This document shows, piece after piece, positions 28,767 to 40,519 of a stretch of 64,000 nucleotides of DNA. How positions within the stretch are numbered: position 1 is the stretch's first letter; every line of letters starts with the position of its first letter. The notes beneath the pieces are model-generated. The model was given only the letters and a program-made list of their open reading frames with translations, did not search any database and had not been told where the DNA came from. The DNA comes from the human T2T-CHM13v2.0 reference genome, Homo sapiens, in the NCBI RefSeq assembly GCF_009914755.1, contig NC_060928.1. One strand, 5' to 3'. Both the position numbers and the translations under genes were made by a program.

Positions 28767-29140
28767 TGTGTTAGTCCATTCTCATGCTGCTATAAGGACA
28801 TGCCAAAGACTGGGTAATTTATAAAGGAAGGAGGTTTAATTGACTCACAGTTCAGCATGGCTGGGGAGGCCTCACAAAATTTACAATCAGCATAAGAGGA
28901 AGCAAACACATCCTTCTTCACATGGTGGAAGCAAGGAGAAGTACAGAGCGAAGGGATGGGGAAGCCGCTTATAAAACCAACGGATCTCGTGAGAACTCAC
29001 TCACTATCACAAGAACAGCATGGAGGTAACCATTTCCATGATTCAATTACCTCCCACTGGTTCCCTCCCATGACCTGTGGGGATTTTGGGAACTACAGCT
29101 CAAGATGAGATTTGGGCGGGGACACAGCCAAACCATATCA
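28767..29140 (-). mobile_element. THE1C/D-like MaLR solo LTR
   Basis: TGTGTTAGTCC...ACAGCCAAACCATATCA. Confidence 0.9.
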
Positions 29141-30039
29141 AAGATTTATCGTATCAGCTTGGAGAAATAAAAATTTCTTAGATATCTTCTAAACTTCTAT
29201 CTGCTGCTTTAAGTTTAAATCAGATTAATTCTAGCAGGAAAACTGCCAGTTATCTGTGCATAATTGAGACTGAGTTAGCCAGCACTTTCCAAGACACCTC
29301 TTGTGGTTGTCATTTTCTGTTGGCCCATTCAGATCTGAAGTCTAGTTTAGTTATCTAAGTTAGTTGGACTAGTTGCAATACAGTTACCAGATAATCCAGT
29401 TATAGTAGGTGGCCAGATGACTTATTTATTTTTCTCTTGGCAGGAGGAGAACTGAGAGGGTGGAGAAGTGGGTTAAGTTAAAAAATACTCAGAGCTTTAC
29501 TTCTTAGGAAATTGAAATTTCTGAGAAAATAAATATATTTCTAGCTTTCTGGATAAATATCCATTCTTTCATTTACTTGTAAGCCCTGCAAGATAAATAA
29601 AAAAATAAAATGAAATTAATTTAGGAGAGTTAACATCAGCTAATTTAGTGTACTGAAAAATTTTGATAAGCCAGTATCCTCATGCCAAAGAACAGAGCTT
29701 TTGCAGTATTCTGATAGATGAATATATATTTATTGACATTGGTGGTATAGAACTCACAGTCACCACTTAATTGAATTTATTTCAGTTGGGGAAATAATTG
29801 TTTAGTTTCCTCTTAGCATGATGGGCGGGTATTGTCATCTTCTCCTGGCTTGATGGTACTAGTACAACTTTACTTGATGGAATAAAACAACGAATCTGAA
29901 GAGGAGGTAAAAGTCAGAAAAGTAAAAAAGAAAAAGTCAGAAAAGTAAGAAGTAGAACTGTGAAGAATGATTGTTTTAATGTTAGGGTTAGAAAAGAAAC
30001 TTCTAAACTCATTGTATTTAAAAAAAAGATCACTTGGAA

Positions 30040-30426
30040 ACTTATGGGATAAATCATGTTCTCCCAAATTCATATGTTGAAGTCCTAACCCCTATAACCT
30101 GGGAATGTGACTGTGTTTAGAGACAGGGTCTTTAAATAGATAATTAAGGTAACATGAGGTTATATGGGTGGACCTTAATCTAATATAACTGGTATCTTTA
30201 TAAAAAGAAAAGATAAGAACACAGACAGCAGAGAGGAAAGACCACATAAAGACACAGGGAGAAGACATCCATCTACAACCAAGGAGCGAGGCATCAGAGG
30301 AAACCACCCTGCTGACACCTTGACCTGGGACTTCCAGCCTCCAGAACTGCAAGAAAATAAAATTTCTGTTGCTTCTGCCACCCACTCAGTGGTACCTTCT
30401 TATGGCACCCCTTGCCAATGAATACA
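30040..30426 (+). mobile_element. MLT1B-like MaLR LTR
   Basis: AAATTCATATGTTGAAGTCCTAACCCC; GGACTTCCAGCCTCCAGAACTG; ends AATACA. Confidence 0.85.
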
Positions 30427-32029
30427 TATGGGACAAAGTTCTTACTTAACTGAGATAAAAGTGAACAAACATAATACTCCAAAGAGAAGTGATATGAAAC
30501 TATGCATGATTCCATATTCTCTTTTCTCCTGATGAAACTCTACTTCCTATTTGATTGCTCTTATAAATCTGGCATCTGTCCAGTATTGAATAGTGTCATG
30601 GAGAGAAAGAGAGGCCAATTACACTGTCTTGAGTACTGATGAGTCCCAGGGCGACTGTGGCTCCAGGCCAGGGTTACCAGGGTCCACCTTGTTGAATCTA
30701 AGTAGTCCCCTTTCAGTGGTTAAAGGACAGAGGATGCTAAGGCTGGAGTACTCTGGAAGGAGACCCAATCTTAGGAGGATCGACAGGAGATTCACAGGCA
30801 TATCAGTGGCTTGGTGCATGTCAATTCAAATTGCAGATTCCTTGGTACCCTTTACATCTAAGCGGAGCTTTTTGAACTTAAAATCCCTCTTAAAACCCTG
30901 CCTCATCTCCTCTTCTCATTAAGAAACACTGATGCACACAAATGAGCAGTAAGGGCACACTGGCTTCATCCCTGTTTCTTCCCTCTTTCTAATGGCACCA
31001 TCAAAGGCAAAATGGATTGAAATAAATAAAGGTTGTATTTTATTGTATTGCCTCAGGCAACTAAGTCAGATGCGTATCTGTAGAAATGATGTATTTTCTG
31101 ATTCTGCTATGCATTTGCTTCAATCTTCCTATCAAAAGTAAGGCTTATCTTTGTAACAACAGAATTCTTGCAATATAGCTAATGTGGTGTGATCCTCAGT
31201 GATTTACTGAGTAGAAGTTTGTCTTACTAGACAAGTTACTTGGCCTGAAGGCAAATATGTTACCGTGTTATCTGCTCATGCTGAAAAGCAAATATAAAAT
31301 GATGTCTGTGCATATGAAAGAGAATAAAAACAGGTTTTGATATGGCAACTGCTTTATCAAGTATTCTGTGCCACCTGCCTTTTTTGCATTTTTTGATGCA
31401 GAAATCTGAGTTACTATTGGCTTCCGGTGACATTAATAGAATGTAAGCATTTGATAACTTAATCACGTTTGCTTTAAGCACATTTGGAGTAAGGGGTTCT
31501 TTCTATTTAGATTTTACTAACACTTTTGCAAACCGTGGTCCCCAGTATGCAACAAACTTACCAGGAAGCATGGTGAGATCACATCACCAGTAAATGGCAG
31601 CATGTGAGACCCTTTCTTTGTTTACATATTTTCTTGTTTCTTACACTGTTTTTCATGAGTCCTTAAGTCCTTATATAAATTTTGATTTTGGCAATCCATA
31701 TAGGGATTAAAGGATCTGACTAAATGTCAGCCTATAATGGGTGCTGAAATATTGATGCATTAAAATTCCCCTGGAAATATAATGAAATGGAGAAAATTAT
31801 ACTCATTAGAGTTCTTCTCATGGAGATGTTCTCTGTACAATTGGAAGGAGTACTTTGATATTGCACTCTCTAGTAGCAATGCAACGAATGTGTTCTTGGT
31901 TGCATGCAGGGTTTTATTTTGCTAAGTAGGGTATGTGAGTTTGAGGCCAGAGTGGAATTGCTAGAGATAATAGGAGAAAGGGCAAACTGCAGCAGTGATG
32001 CATCATCACCTGTTTTCCATGAAGCTTTT

Positions 32030-32345
32030 GGCATCACCTCAAAATAAATATTAGACAAATGTTTCAAAATAGCAGTGTGACTATCTATAAAAATAACATA
32101 CATGGCCCAACAGAAACACAGGGAAAAGATATAAATTGGAAGATCATGTAACAGAAACCAAAGAAGCAAATATATACATAAAAAGATGCTCAACCACACT
32201 GGTTATGAGAGAAATGCTAACTAAAACCAGAGATATTGTTTCATACTAATTACATAGTCAAAAATTAAAAGCCTGGTGATACTAGGATATGAAGTTCATT
32301 ATAGTATTTTCTATAATTTTTGGTTTGTCTGTGAAATATTTAAAC
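32030..32345 (+). mobile_element. Old L1ME-like fragment
   Basis: AAAAGATGCTCAACCACACT...AGAGAAATGCTAACTAAAACC. Confidence 0.55.
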
Positions 32346-32786
32346 ACAAATGAATTTGAAATAAAAGAATATTGATTTGAAGGGATGTTGTCTCAGCCTG
32401 TGTAAACCACTTGTCATTTGGCCTTTTATCGCTATCTTATGTGAAAGACTTTCTGAGATTCCAGTTTCCATGCATTAAGCTACCAAATATCTTCACCAAC
32501 ATTCCTCCTAGGCACTGACATTTTAGGTTTCAGGCATTTTGTGAGGAGCTGAAGGACTTAGAGCAGAAGGTGTAGGTGCTGGACATGGAAGGAGGTTCCC
32601 AAAACCAGACTACATGTTTGTTCCATTTTCTTCTGAGAAATTTCAGAAATAAAAAGTTATGGATTTTATGTTGGGTTGCATATCTTCATGATTCTTAATA
32701 ACAAGGCCAGAATTGTTAAGCAACGCACTTTGGATTTAGGTGAGAAGTCAAATAGAAATATATTAAAGACCAAAAGAGGAAATTAT

Positions 32787-33165
32787 TGCAGACAATACTA
32801 TATGTTTACCAAATCATTTCATTCTCCTATAATGTACACAGGGAGACTATGTTGGCAGCCATACTTGTTACTGCTTGTGAATATGTGACTGAGTTCTGGG
32901 TAAGGTGATTTTTGCTAATCCTAGACTTGGCCATAAAATACCTTGTGCCATCTTCTTCTGTATCTTTCCGTGTTCATATGTCTGGCAATGGACGACTATG
33001 AGATGGTGGAACAACCTCATGGAAGGAATCTGGATTGCTTAGTCATCACCTGTAGTGGAGCCACCCAGGACAGCAAGACAACCAGGAATACCTACACGGG
33101 GACTATATGTATATGCGAAAAAGCCTTTGTAGTGCTAAACCACTAAGATTTTGGGGTTGTACTAG
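32787..33165 (+). mobile_element. MLT1J-like old MaLR LTR
   Basis: ATGTGACTGAGTTCTGG; ATGGAAGGAATCTGGAT; AAACCACTAAGATTTTGGGGTTG. Confidence 0.7.
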
Positions 33166-34371
33166 AAATTTTCCAGTAATTTCTTATGGTAAGATATGTT
33201 GTCTTGAATGTCCTAGGAGGTCCTATAAATGTGCCAAGACAGCTACCACTTATTTTAGAATAATATAACTATTAGTTACACATTTAAAATAAACAGCTTT
33301 GAAATGACGCATTCTGTTTTCCTCCTGCCGTTGTCACTATAGAGAAGGAACAATGCCAAAAATACAAGATGCTGTATGAACAAATAACATGAAAGCTGGA
33401 GATGAAACTAGATTTTTGAACTTGACTACATATGCCTCAAGGTTAGATGTTAGTATGGACTATTTCCTTTGACATATTAAGGGTGAATAATTCCCAGGAA
33501 AATGCAAGGATCGGGCTTGCTTTTTCTAGCCATGGTAGCTCAGCAAAACACATTTCTGATTGCTAGGACTCCTTAGATTTTACCAGTTTTAATCTTGGAT
33601 TATGGTTGTCATGAAGAGTTGGCGTTTTAAAGATATTCTTTACATTGAAGAATTTTTACTTTTCAAGTAGGATAATGAAATGAAAAATATTTGAGATGTA
33701 ATAAATTTGGTGGGATGAATCTGAGCAGTTCACACCATTTAGATACTGAGAGGAACATAGGCCCCCTGAGACTGAAAACAAATAACTGTGGGATGGTAGA
33801 TGACAGCCTTTCCAACATGTGCGGTCATGACTCAATCCAAACACTTTTTGGCCATCCCTGCCACACTGCCACCATCTCTCACCTGGATTATTTAATAGCT
33901 TCTGGACTGTTCTGCCTGCTGCTGCCTTTGCTCATGGCTTCCTGTGTCACTCAGAGTAAAAGTCAACCCGTAAAATGGCTTCCAGGTTTTACACCATCTG
34001 TGTCCTTCTCCTCCCCACATTCGTTTCTCACCTCATCAACAGTCCCTCATCCCTGCACTCACTTTGCTCCAGCCACGCTGACTTCCTTGCTCTTTCTAGA
34101 ATATATCACCCATGAATGACCTCAGGGCATGGAATTTGCTGCTTTCTCTACTTGGAACACTCTTCCCTCTGTGGATTGAATGTCACTCCGATGTCACTTC
34201 ATCAGTGAGACCTTCTCTGACCACCCTAAATATAGCAAACCCTTTCCTAGTACCCTGTCCTCTGGAGCACATTCTTCCACTCACCCTCCCAGTGGCTGCT
34301 CCTAATGCTCTCTACTCATTATATTTTCCCCTGTACTGCATATTATCACTTGATATTTTTATGTTTTTAAA

Positions 34372-35275
34372 ATTTTTTTATTTTACTTTAAGTTCTGGGA
34401 TACGTGTGCTGAACGTGCAGGTTTATTACATAGGTATGCATGTGCCACGGTGGTTTGCTGCACGTATCAACCCATCATCTAGGTTTTAAGCTCCGCATGC
34501 ATTAGGTATTTGCCCTAGTGCTCTCCCTCCCCTTGCACCCGACTCCCCACCAAGCCCCGGTGTGTGATGTTCCCTGTGTCCATGTGTTCTCATTGTTCAG
34601 CTCCCACCTCTGAGTGAGACCATGCAGTGTTTGGTTTCCTGTTCCTGTGTTAGGTTGCTGAGAATGATGGTTTCCAGCTTCATCCATGTCCCTGCAAAGG
34701 ACACGAACTCATTCTTTTTTATGGCTGCATAGTATTCCATGGTGTGCATGTGCCACATTTTCTTTATCCAGTCTATCACTGATGGGCATTTGGGTTGGTT
34801 CCAAGTCTTTGCTATTGTGAACAGTGCTGCAATAAACATAAGTGTGGATGTGTCTTTATAGTAAAATGATTTATAATCCTTTGGGTATACACCCAGTAAT
34901 GGGATTGCTGGGTCAAATGATATTTCTGGTTCCATATCCTTGAGGAATCACCACACTGTCTTCCACAATGGTAGAACTAATTAACACTCACAACAACAGT
35001 GTAAAAAGTTCCTATTTCTCCACATCCTCACCAGCATCTACTGTTTCCAGACTTTTTAATACTCATGATTCTAACTGGCATGAGATGGTATCTCATTGCG
35101 GTTTTGATTTGCATTTCTCTAACAACCAGTAATGATGATAAGCTTTTGTTCATATGTTTGTTGTCCACATAAATGTCTTCTTTTGAGAAATGTCTGTTCA
35201 TATCCTTTGCCCACTTTTTGATGGGTTTTCTTTTCCTTGTAAATTTGTTTAAATTCCTTGTTGATTCTGGATATT
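34372..35275 (-). mobile_element. L1PA8-like 3' fragment
   Basis: L1PA 3'UTR plus ORF2 C-terminal peptide ([22 protein letters not shown]). Confidence 0.93.
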
Positions 35276-35299
35276 CAATCATGTTTTTTTGTGTCTCTT

Positions 35300-35795
35300 T
35301 TAAAAATCATCTTAACCATTTTTAAGTGTACAGTTTAGTAGGATTAAGTATATTCACATTGTTGTGCAACAGATCTCTAGAACTTTAATTTTGCAAAATT
35401 GAAACTCTAAACCTATTAAACACTAATTCTTCCTCCTTCTGGCCCTGGGTAACCACCTTTCTATTTTCTGTTTCTATGATTTTGACCACGTTAGATGCTT
35501 AATATAAGTGTAATCACATAGTATTTATCTTTTATGGCTGGATTATTTTGCTTAGCGTAATGTCTTCAAGGTTCATCAATCTTGTAACATGTAATAGGAT
35601 TTTCCTCTTTTTTTGGGCTATGTAATATTCCATTGTGGGTATATATCACATTTTCTTTACCCATCATTTGTTGATGGACACTTGGGTTGCTTCCGCTTCT
35701 TGGCAATTATGAATAATGCTGCAATAAACATAGGTGTGAGAATATCTTTAGATAGCTTGCTTTGAATTCTTTTGGATATGTACCCAGAAGGGAGA
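35300..35795 (-). mobile_element. L1MB-like 3' fragment
   Basis: TTAACCATTTTTAAGTGTACAGTT...CACATTGTTGTGCAAC. Confidence 0.85.
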
Positions 35796-36058
35796 TTTAT
35801 CTCTTTTTAATTATCTATTCCCCCATCCCCAGAATGTAAGCCCCAAAAGGGAGGGAAGTTCTTTTATTCAATACTACCTGCCTATACAGGAACATGCAAA
35901 ACATGCATGTTGAACAAACAGGTGAATATTATCTCTTTATTTGAAAACTTTCTGCCTTTCTACTAGGGTGCAAGCTCTCTGAGGGCAGCATTACTTTCTG
36001 TTTTGTTTACTGCAGTGGCCTTGGTACCAAGAACAGCTCTTGGTTTGTGGTAGGCTCT

Positions 36059-36472
36059 TGTCCTAGTCTGTTTTGTGTTGTTATGAAGGAGTACCTGAGG
36101 CTGGGTAATTTATAAAGAAAAGTGGTTTATTTGGCTTATGGTTCTGTAGACTGTATACATGTATACAAGAAGCATGGTATTGGCATGTCTCATGAGGGCC
36201 TCAGGTTGCCTCCACTCATGGTGGAAGGTGAAGTGGAGCCAGTGTGTGCAGAGATCACATGGTGAGGGAGGAAAAGAGATGGGGGAATGTTGGCCCCTTT
36301 GTTTTAACAACCAGCTTTTGTGGGAACTTCTCTTACCCCTAAGGAAGGGCACTAATCTATTAATAAGGGATCCACTCCCATGATCCAAACACCTCCCATT
36401 AGGTTCCATCTCCAACATTGGGGATCATATTTCAACATGAGGATTAAAGGGAACAAATATCCAAACCATATA
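36059..36472 (-). mobile_element. MSTB-like MaLR solo LTR inserted in L2
   Basis: 5-bp TSD GCTCT (36054-36058 and 36473-36477); CTGGGTAATTTATAAAGAAAAG. Confidence 0.88.
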
Positions 36473-36679
36473 GCTCTCAAAAATATTATACATATTTTTA
36501 AATGAAAAAAATTAATGTTCTTACATGAGCAGACAGGTAACAGAGGAGCAAATATAAGTTGCACAGAAAAATCTGAAAAACAAAAAAAATTATTCTATCT
36601 AGAGATAAAAATACAAATTTACATGAGACCATTTTGCCCTATCAAATTAATACTTTTTCAAGCATGTGTTTTAAACTTT

Positions 36680-37700
36680 AAACTTAAAAGGGAAGTCATG
36701 AGAATAGTACAATGAGCTGAATTTCAGCAGCAATTGCCTTTGTTAGAATTTTTGTCAAATTTGCTTCTGTCTCTCTCTCCCTCTCTTAATCTCTCTCTCT
36801 CTCTGTGTTTATTCATTTATTTTGCTGTACCATTTGAATTTGCTGCAGATATCATGAATGACCCTTCATCTTTAAATACTTTGGCCTGTACCTTGTAAGA
36901 AAAAGGAAATTCTTATACATAATCATTATTTAAAACTACCCTCACATAAATTATCATTAATATAATACTACTATATAATTGTAGCCTGTATTAGCTCATT
37001 TTCATGCTGCTGATAAAGACATACCCAAGACTGGGTAATTTATAAAGAAAAAGAGGTTTAATGGACTCAAATTTCCACGTGGTTGGGGAGGCCTTCCAAT
37101 CATGATGGAAGAAAAAAGGCACATCTTACATGGAGGCAGACAAGAGAGAATGAGAACCAAGTGAAAGGGGTTTCCTCTTATGAAACAATCAGATCTCATG
37201 AGATTTATTCACTACTATGAGAACAGTATGGGGGAAACTGGGAAAACTGTCCCTGTGATTCAATTATCTCCCACTGGCTCCATTCCACAACCCATGGGAA
37301 TTATAAGAGCTACAATTCAAGATGAGATTTCGCTGCGGACACAGCCAAACCGTATCGTAGCCCCTATTCAGATTTTCCTACTTGTACCAACCATGTTCTT
37401 TATTAGTATCTTTAAAAAAATCCAAGATCTACTCAAGGGTCATTCTTTGCATTTACTTGTAATGTTCCTCTAAGTCTCCTTTAATCTAAAACAGTTTTCC
37501 AGGCACTTTTTCCTCTTTCATGACATTGGCATTTTTTTAAAGTCCTTGCCAGTTGCTTTGCACAATGTCTCTCAGTTAGGATTTGTTTGATTGCTTCTTT
37601 ACCATTATATTCAGGTTAATCATTTTTGCAGGAATATTACAAAATTGGTATTGCATTCTCAGTGCCTCATATTAGGAGCATATAATATCAGTTTGTCCCA
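36680..37700 (-). mobile_element. Old L1MC/ME fragment hosting THE1B
   Basis: Degenerate L1M 3' motifs on both sides of the LTR. Confidence 0.6.
36987..37357 (-). mobile_element. THE1B-like MaLR solo LTR
   Basis: TGCTGCTGATAAAGACATACCC; 5-bp TSD TAGCC (36982-36986 and 37358-37362). Confidence 0.92.
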
Positions 37701-38958
37701 AATTTTTAAAAAGTTAAATTTAATCTCAGGTTTAGCAAAAGTGCAGTTTATAGGCACTCATATACTGCTGTGTACTTCCATATTATCAATTTAAAAAACT
37801 TGTATGAATTTTAGACAGCATGTTTAGCAAATAAGTATTTTCTTTTGGAGGAAGAAAGGTCAACTGTTTTCCCCTCCCCTCCAGTGAAGGAGAAACTGAA
37901 AAGTTTGCCAAGTAGACACTGTGGACATTAGCTAAGAGAATTATAAATTTGAGATTCTGAGTACTGCAGCAGTTCCTGTCATTATCCTTGGACAAGTTAT
38001 TTAGTTGTTGGTTGCCTTGTTTTATCTTCGAAATGATGGGAAATCATGCCTGCTGCTTACCTAATCTCTCTCACAAAGGTACTGGTCGTCTGGGCCAAAC
38101 AAAGGCATTCAAAGGGGTGCTAATTTTGTAATGTAGATAAAAGACATGTAGCGACAACACTCTAGTATTATACAGACTGTTTTCATAATTAGCTTAATAG
38201 CGTTTTTTGGAAGCTGCAATTTCAATATATTGCACATTTACTAAAAAATAAACAACAGATGAGGCTGGGATGAGCATATCCTCAAGAGCAAATAATACCC
38301 TTATCTCCAAAATCTTTCCGGTAGTTAAGAATCTACACTCTTGAATGCAATCCTGTAATTATAATTAAGTATCATTTATTATGAAAAAGTAATTGGCCTT
38401 TTGTACGAAGGTGGTGTATCAGTTTAATGGATCAAAGCCTATTAGACTGGATATTGTCATGATTCCAGATGTGAAGGTGTCGGGATGATGGCATTGCAAT
38501 TATTACACTAGTATCTGTGTAGAAAACAGACACTGTGTAGCTGAACAAGATTAATTATATTTTAGCCAATTATTTTAGATAAGGTCTACGTAACTGTAAA
38601 AAATGCACATAACTGCTAGTCAAGGTGCTCTTTCTTCCTCATTGCCTTTTTTGGGGTTAGTTCTTGACAAAGGATAGTGCTCCATGCAGCAACTTGTTCT
38701 CCCAGATCTCATGTACCAAAAAGACATAAAGGGCATTCTTTTGGTTGTCCCTTGCTTCCAGACCTTGGCTGTTTTACCATTGTGAAGCTTAGTCATCTAG
38801 CTAGAGCCTCCAGTATCCCATTTCTGCCAATAATCTGATGTTCTAACCTTGTGTCCATGTTTATTCAACATCTTGGGATCTAACTGACCCATCTGCCCCA
38901 ATTCATGCAGTTGGAAATTTCAAAGTATATAGTTAGAAAGATAGACTGAAAGATAGAC

Positions 38959-39003
<45 letters not shown>

Positions 39004-39040
39004 CATAGATACATAGATACATAGATACATAGATACATAG
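38959..39040 (+). repeat. Compound STR (AGAT)11(ACATAGAT)~5
   Basis: Counted directly from the sequence. Confidence 0.95.
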
Positions 39041-39383
39041 AGGTATGGTTTGGCTTTGTGTCCCCATCCAAATCTCATCTCAAATTGTAATGCCCTGGTG
39101 GGAGGTGATTAGATTATGGGGACAGTTTCCCCCATACTGTTCTTGTGATAATGAGTGAGTTCTCATGAGATGATCTTATAAGGGCTTTTCCCCCTTTGCT
39201 CTCTCTCTTTTTCCTGCTGCCTTTTGAAGAGGTGCCTGCTTCCTCTTCACCTTCCACCATGATTGTAAGTTTCCTAAGGCCTCCCCAGCCATGCAGAACT
39301 GTAAGTCAATTAAACCTCTTTTGTTAATTAAGTACCCAGTCTCAGGTAGTGTCTTTATGGCAGTGTGAGAATGGACTAATACA
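39041..39383 (+). mobile_element. THE1D/MSTA-like MaLR solo LTR
   Basis: GTATGGTTTGGCTTTGTGTCCCC...GGACTAATACA. Confidence 0.9.
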
Positions 39384-39407
39384 GATAGCCAGCTAGGTAG
39401 ATTATTA

Positions 39408-39579
39408 TAGGGCCAGCTTCATGAGTATGCAACCTGTGCAGTCATACAGAGCTGTGCTTAGAAGGACCCGTTACATGGTAGAATGCTCTGCTATTGCCAT
39501 CTTGAAGTTCTTAATTTTTTAACAAAGTGCCTGCAGTTTTATTCTGCTCTGGGCCCCACAAATTATATAGGCAGTCTTG
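39408..39579 (+). mobile_element. MER91A-like hAT-Tip100 MITE
   Basis: AGGGCCAGCTTCATG...CCTGTGCAGTC...CTGGGCCCCACAAATTAT. Confidence 0.8.
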
Positions 39580-39584
39580 ACATT

Positions 39585-40021
39585 TGTTACAAGTTGAGTT
39601 TCCCAGGAAGGAGATTCTGAGATGGAGATTAGCAGAGGTTTATTGGGGATTGCTCTTGGTATTCCCACTTGTGGAAGTGAAAGGAAGGAAGAGCATTGAG
39701 CAAAGGGAGGAGCTGATTTTCTGATATAAGCAAAGGGAGGAGCTGAGTTCTGATATGGTCTTGATGGAGACCTCAACAACCCCATAAAAAACTCTGATGC
39801 TAGGATGGCCTTTCAGAATTGTTCCAAATTGAGGTAAGAGAGCCAGGAAATTATACAACTATGTTACCCAGTCATTGGATGTGGGACTTCCCAAGAAAGG
39901 AACATGGCCTTGGGAGAGCTGAATCTCTTTTCAGCCAAGGAAATTCCAAAGGCAGCTTACAGCCGAAGGCTATCTCAGCAGCCGGGGGGAATGTCGGCAG
40001 TGCAGCACAACATCCACTTCA
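39585..40021 (-). mobile_element. LTR16A-like ERVL LTR
   Basis: CTGAGATGGAGATT...GAGGTTTATTGGGGA; GATGGCCTTTCAGA; CCAGTCATTGGATG. Confidence 0.8.
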
Positions 40022-40159
40022 ACTATCCATTCAACAATTTAGCCTTTAGGTCTTTTTCAAATGCCATTCATCCAATAACCTCAAAACATTCCTTGGCACT
40101 TTGTCAATGCAGGGACCTGCTTTATATTAGAAATCTTCCTGTCCATGTCCTCCCACAAC

Positions 40160-40480
40160 TGCTGTGGCTGAGCTGATGTATGTTCACCATATAACTCCCT
40201 TTTCTGGGGACAAAGGCAGACTACATTTTCCTTGTATTTAGGTTGAAACTGAGCCCTTGTCAACAGAAATGTAAATGGATATAATGTGCCACTTCCCATC
40301 TGAGACAGTTAAGTGTGGATATGGGTGCTTCCTACTTTTTTATTTTTTCTCCATTGGTTGGCTGTAAAGATCTCCAAGACTGGGCAGAGTTACAAGATAG
40401 AAGCAGCTCAGGACTGAGTCACCTTTGGAGGAAAGCCTTGAGGGAGAACTGCGTTTACCATATTGGACTGTGATGAAAGT
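40160..40480 (+). mobile_element. MLT1I/J-like old MaLR LTR fragment
   Basis: AGACTACATTTTCC; ATGTGCCACTTCC; ACAAGATAGAAGCAGC. Confidence 0.6.
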
Positions 40481-40519
40481 GACTGAAGCACTGCTCTTCT
40501 TTAAATCAAACCAAATCAA

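Larger units (their letters stand above)
33840..36058 (+). mobile_element. L2 3' fragments flanking two L1 insertions
   Basis: CTCCAGCCACGCTGACTTCCTTGCT and GAGACCTTCTCTGACCACCCT (33840-34350); AGAATGTAAGCCCC and GCAAGCTCTCTGAGGGCAG (35800-36058). Confidence 0.7.

Noticed and set aside
30620-30665. CTGATGAGTCCCAGGGCGAC resembles a hammerhead ribozyme core
   Set aside because: The required GAAA after stem II reads GACT, and no stem I/III pairing around an NUH site is evident
31195-31234. Two adjacent short hairpins
   Set aside because: Stems of only about 6 bp are expected by chance; no ncRNA motif
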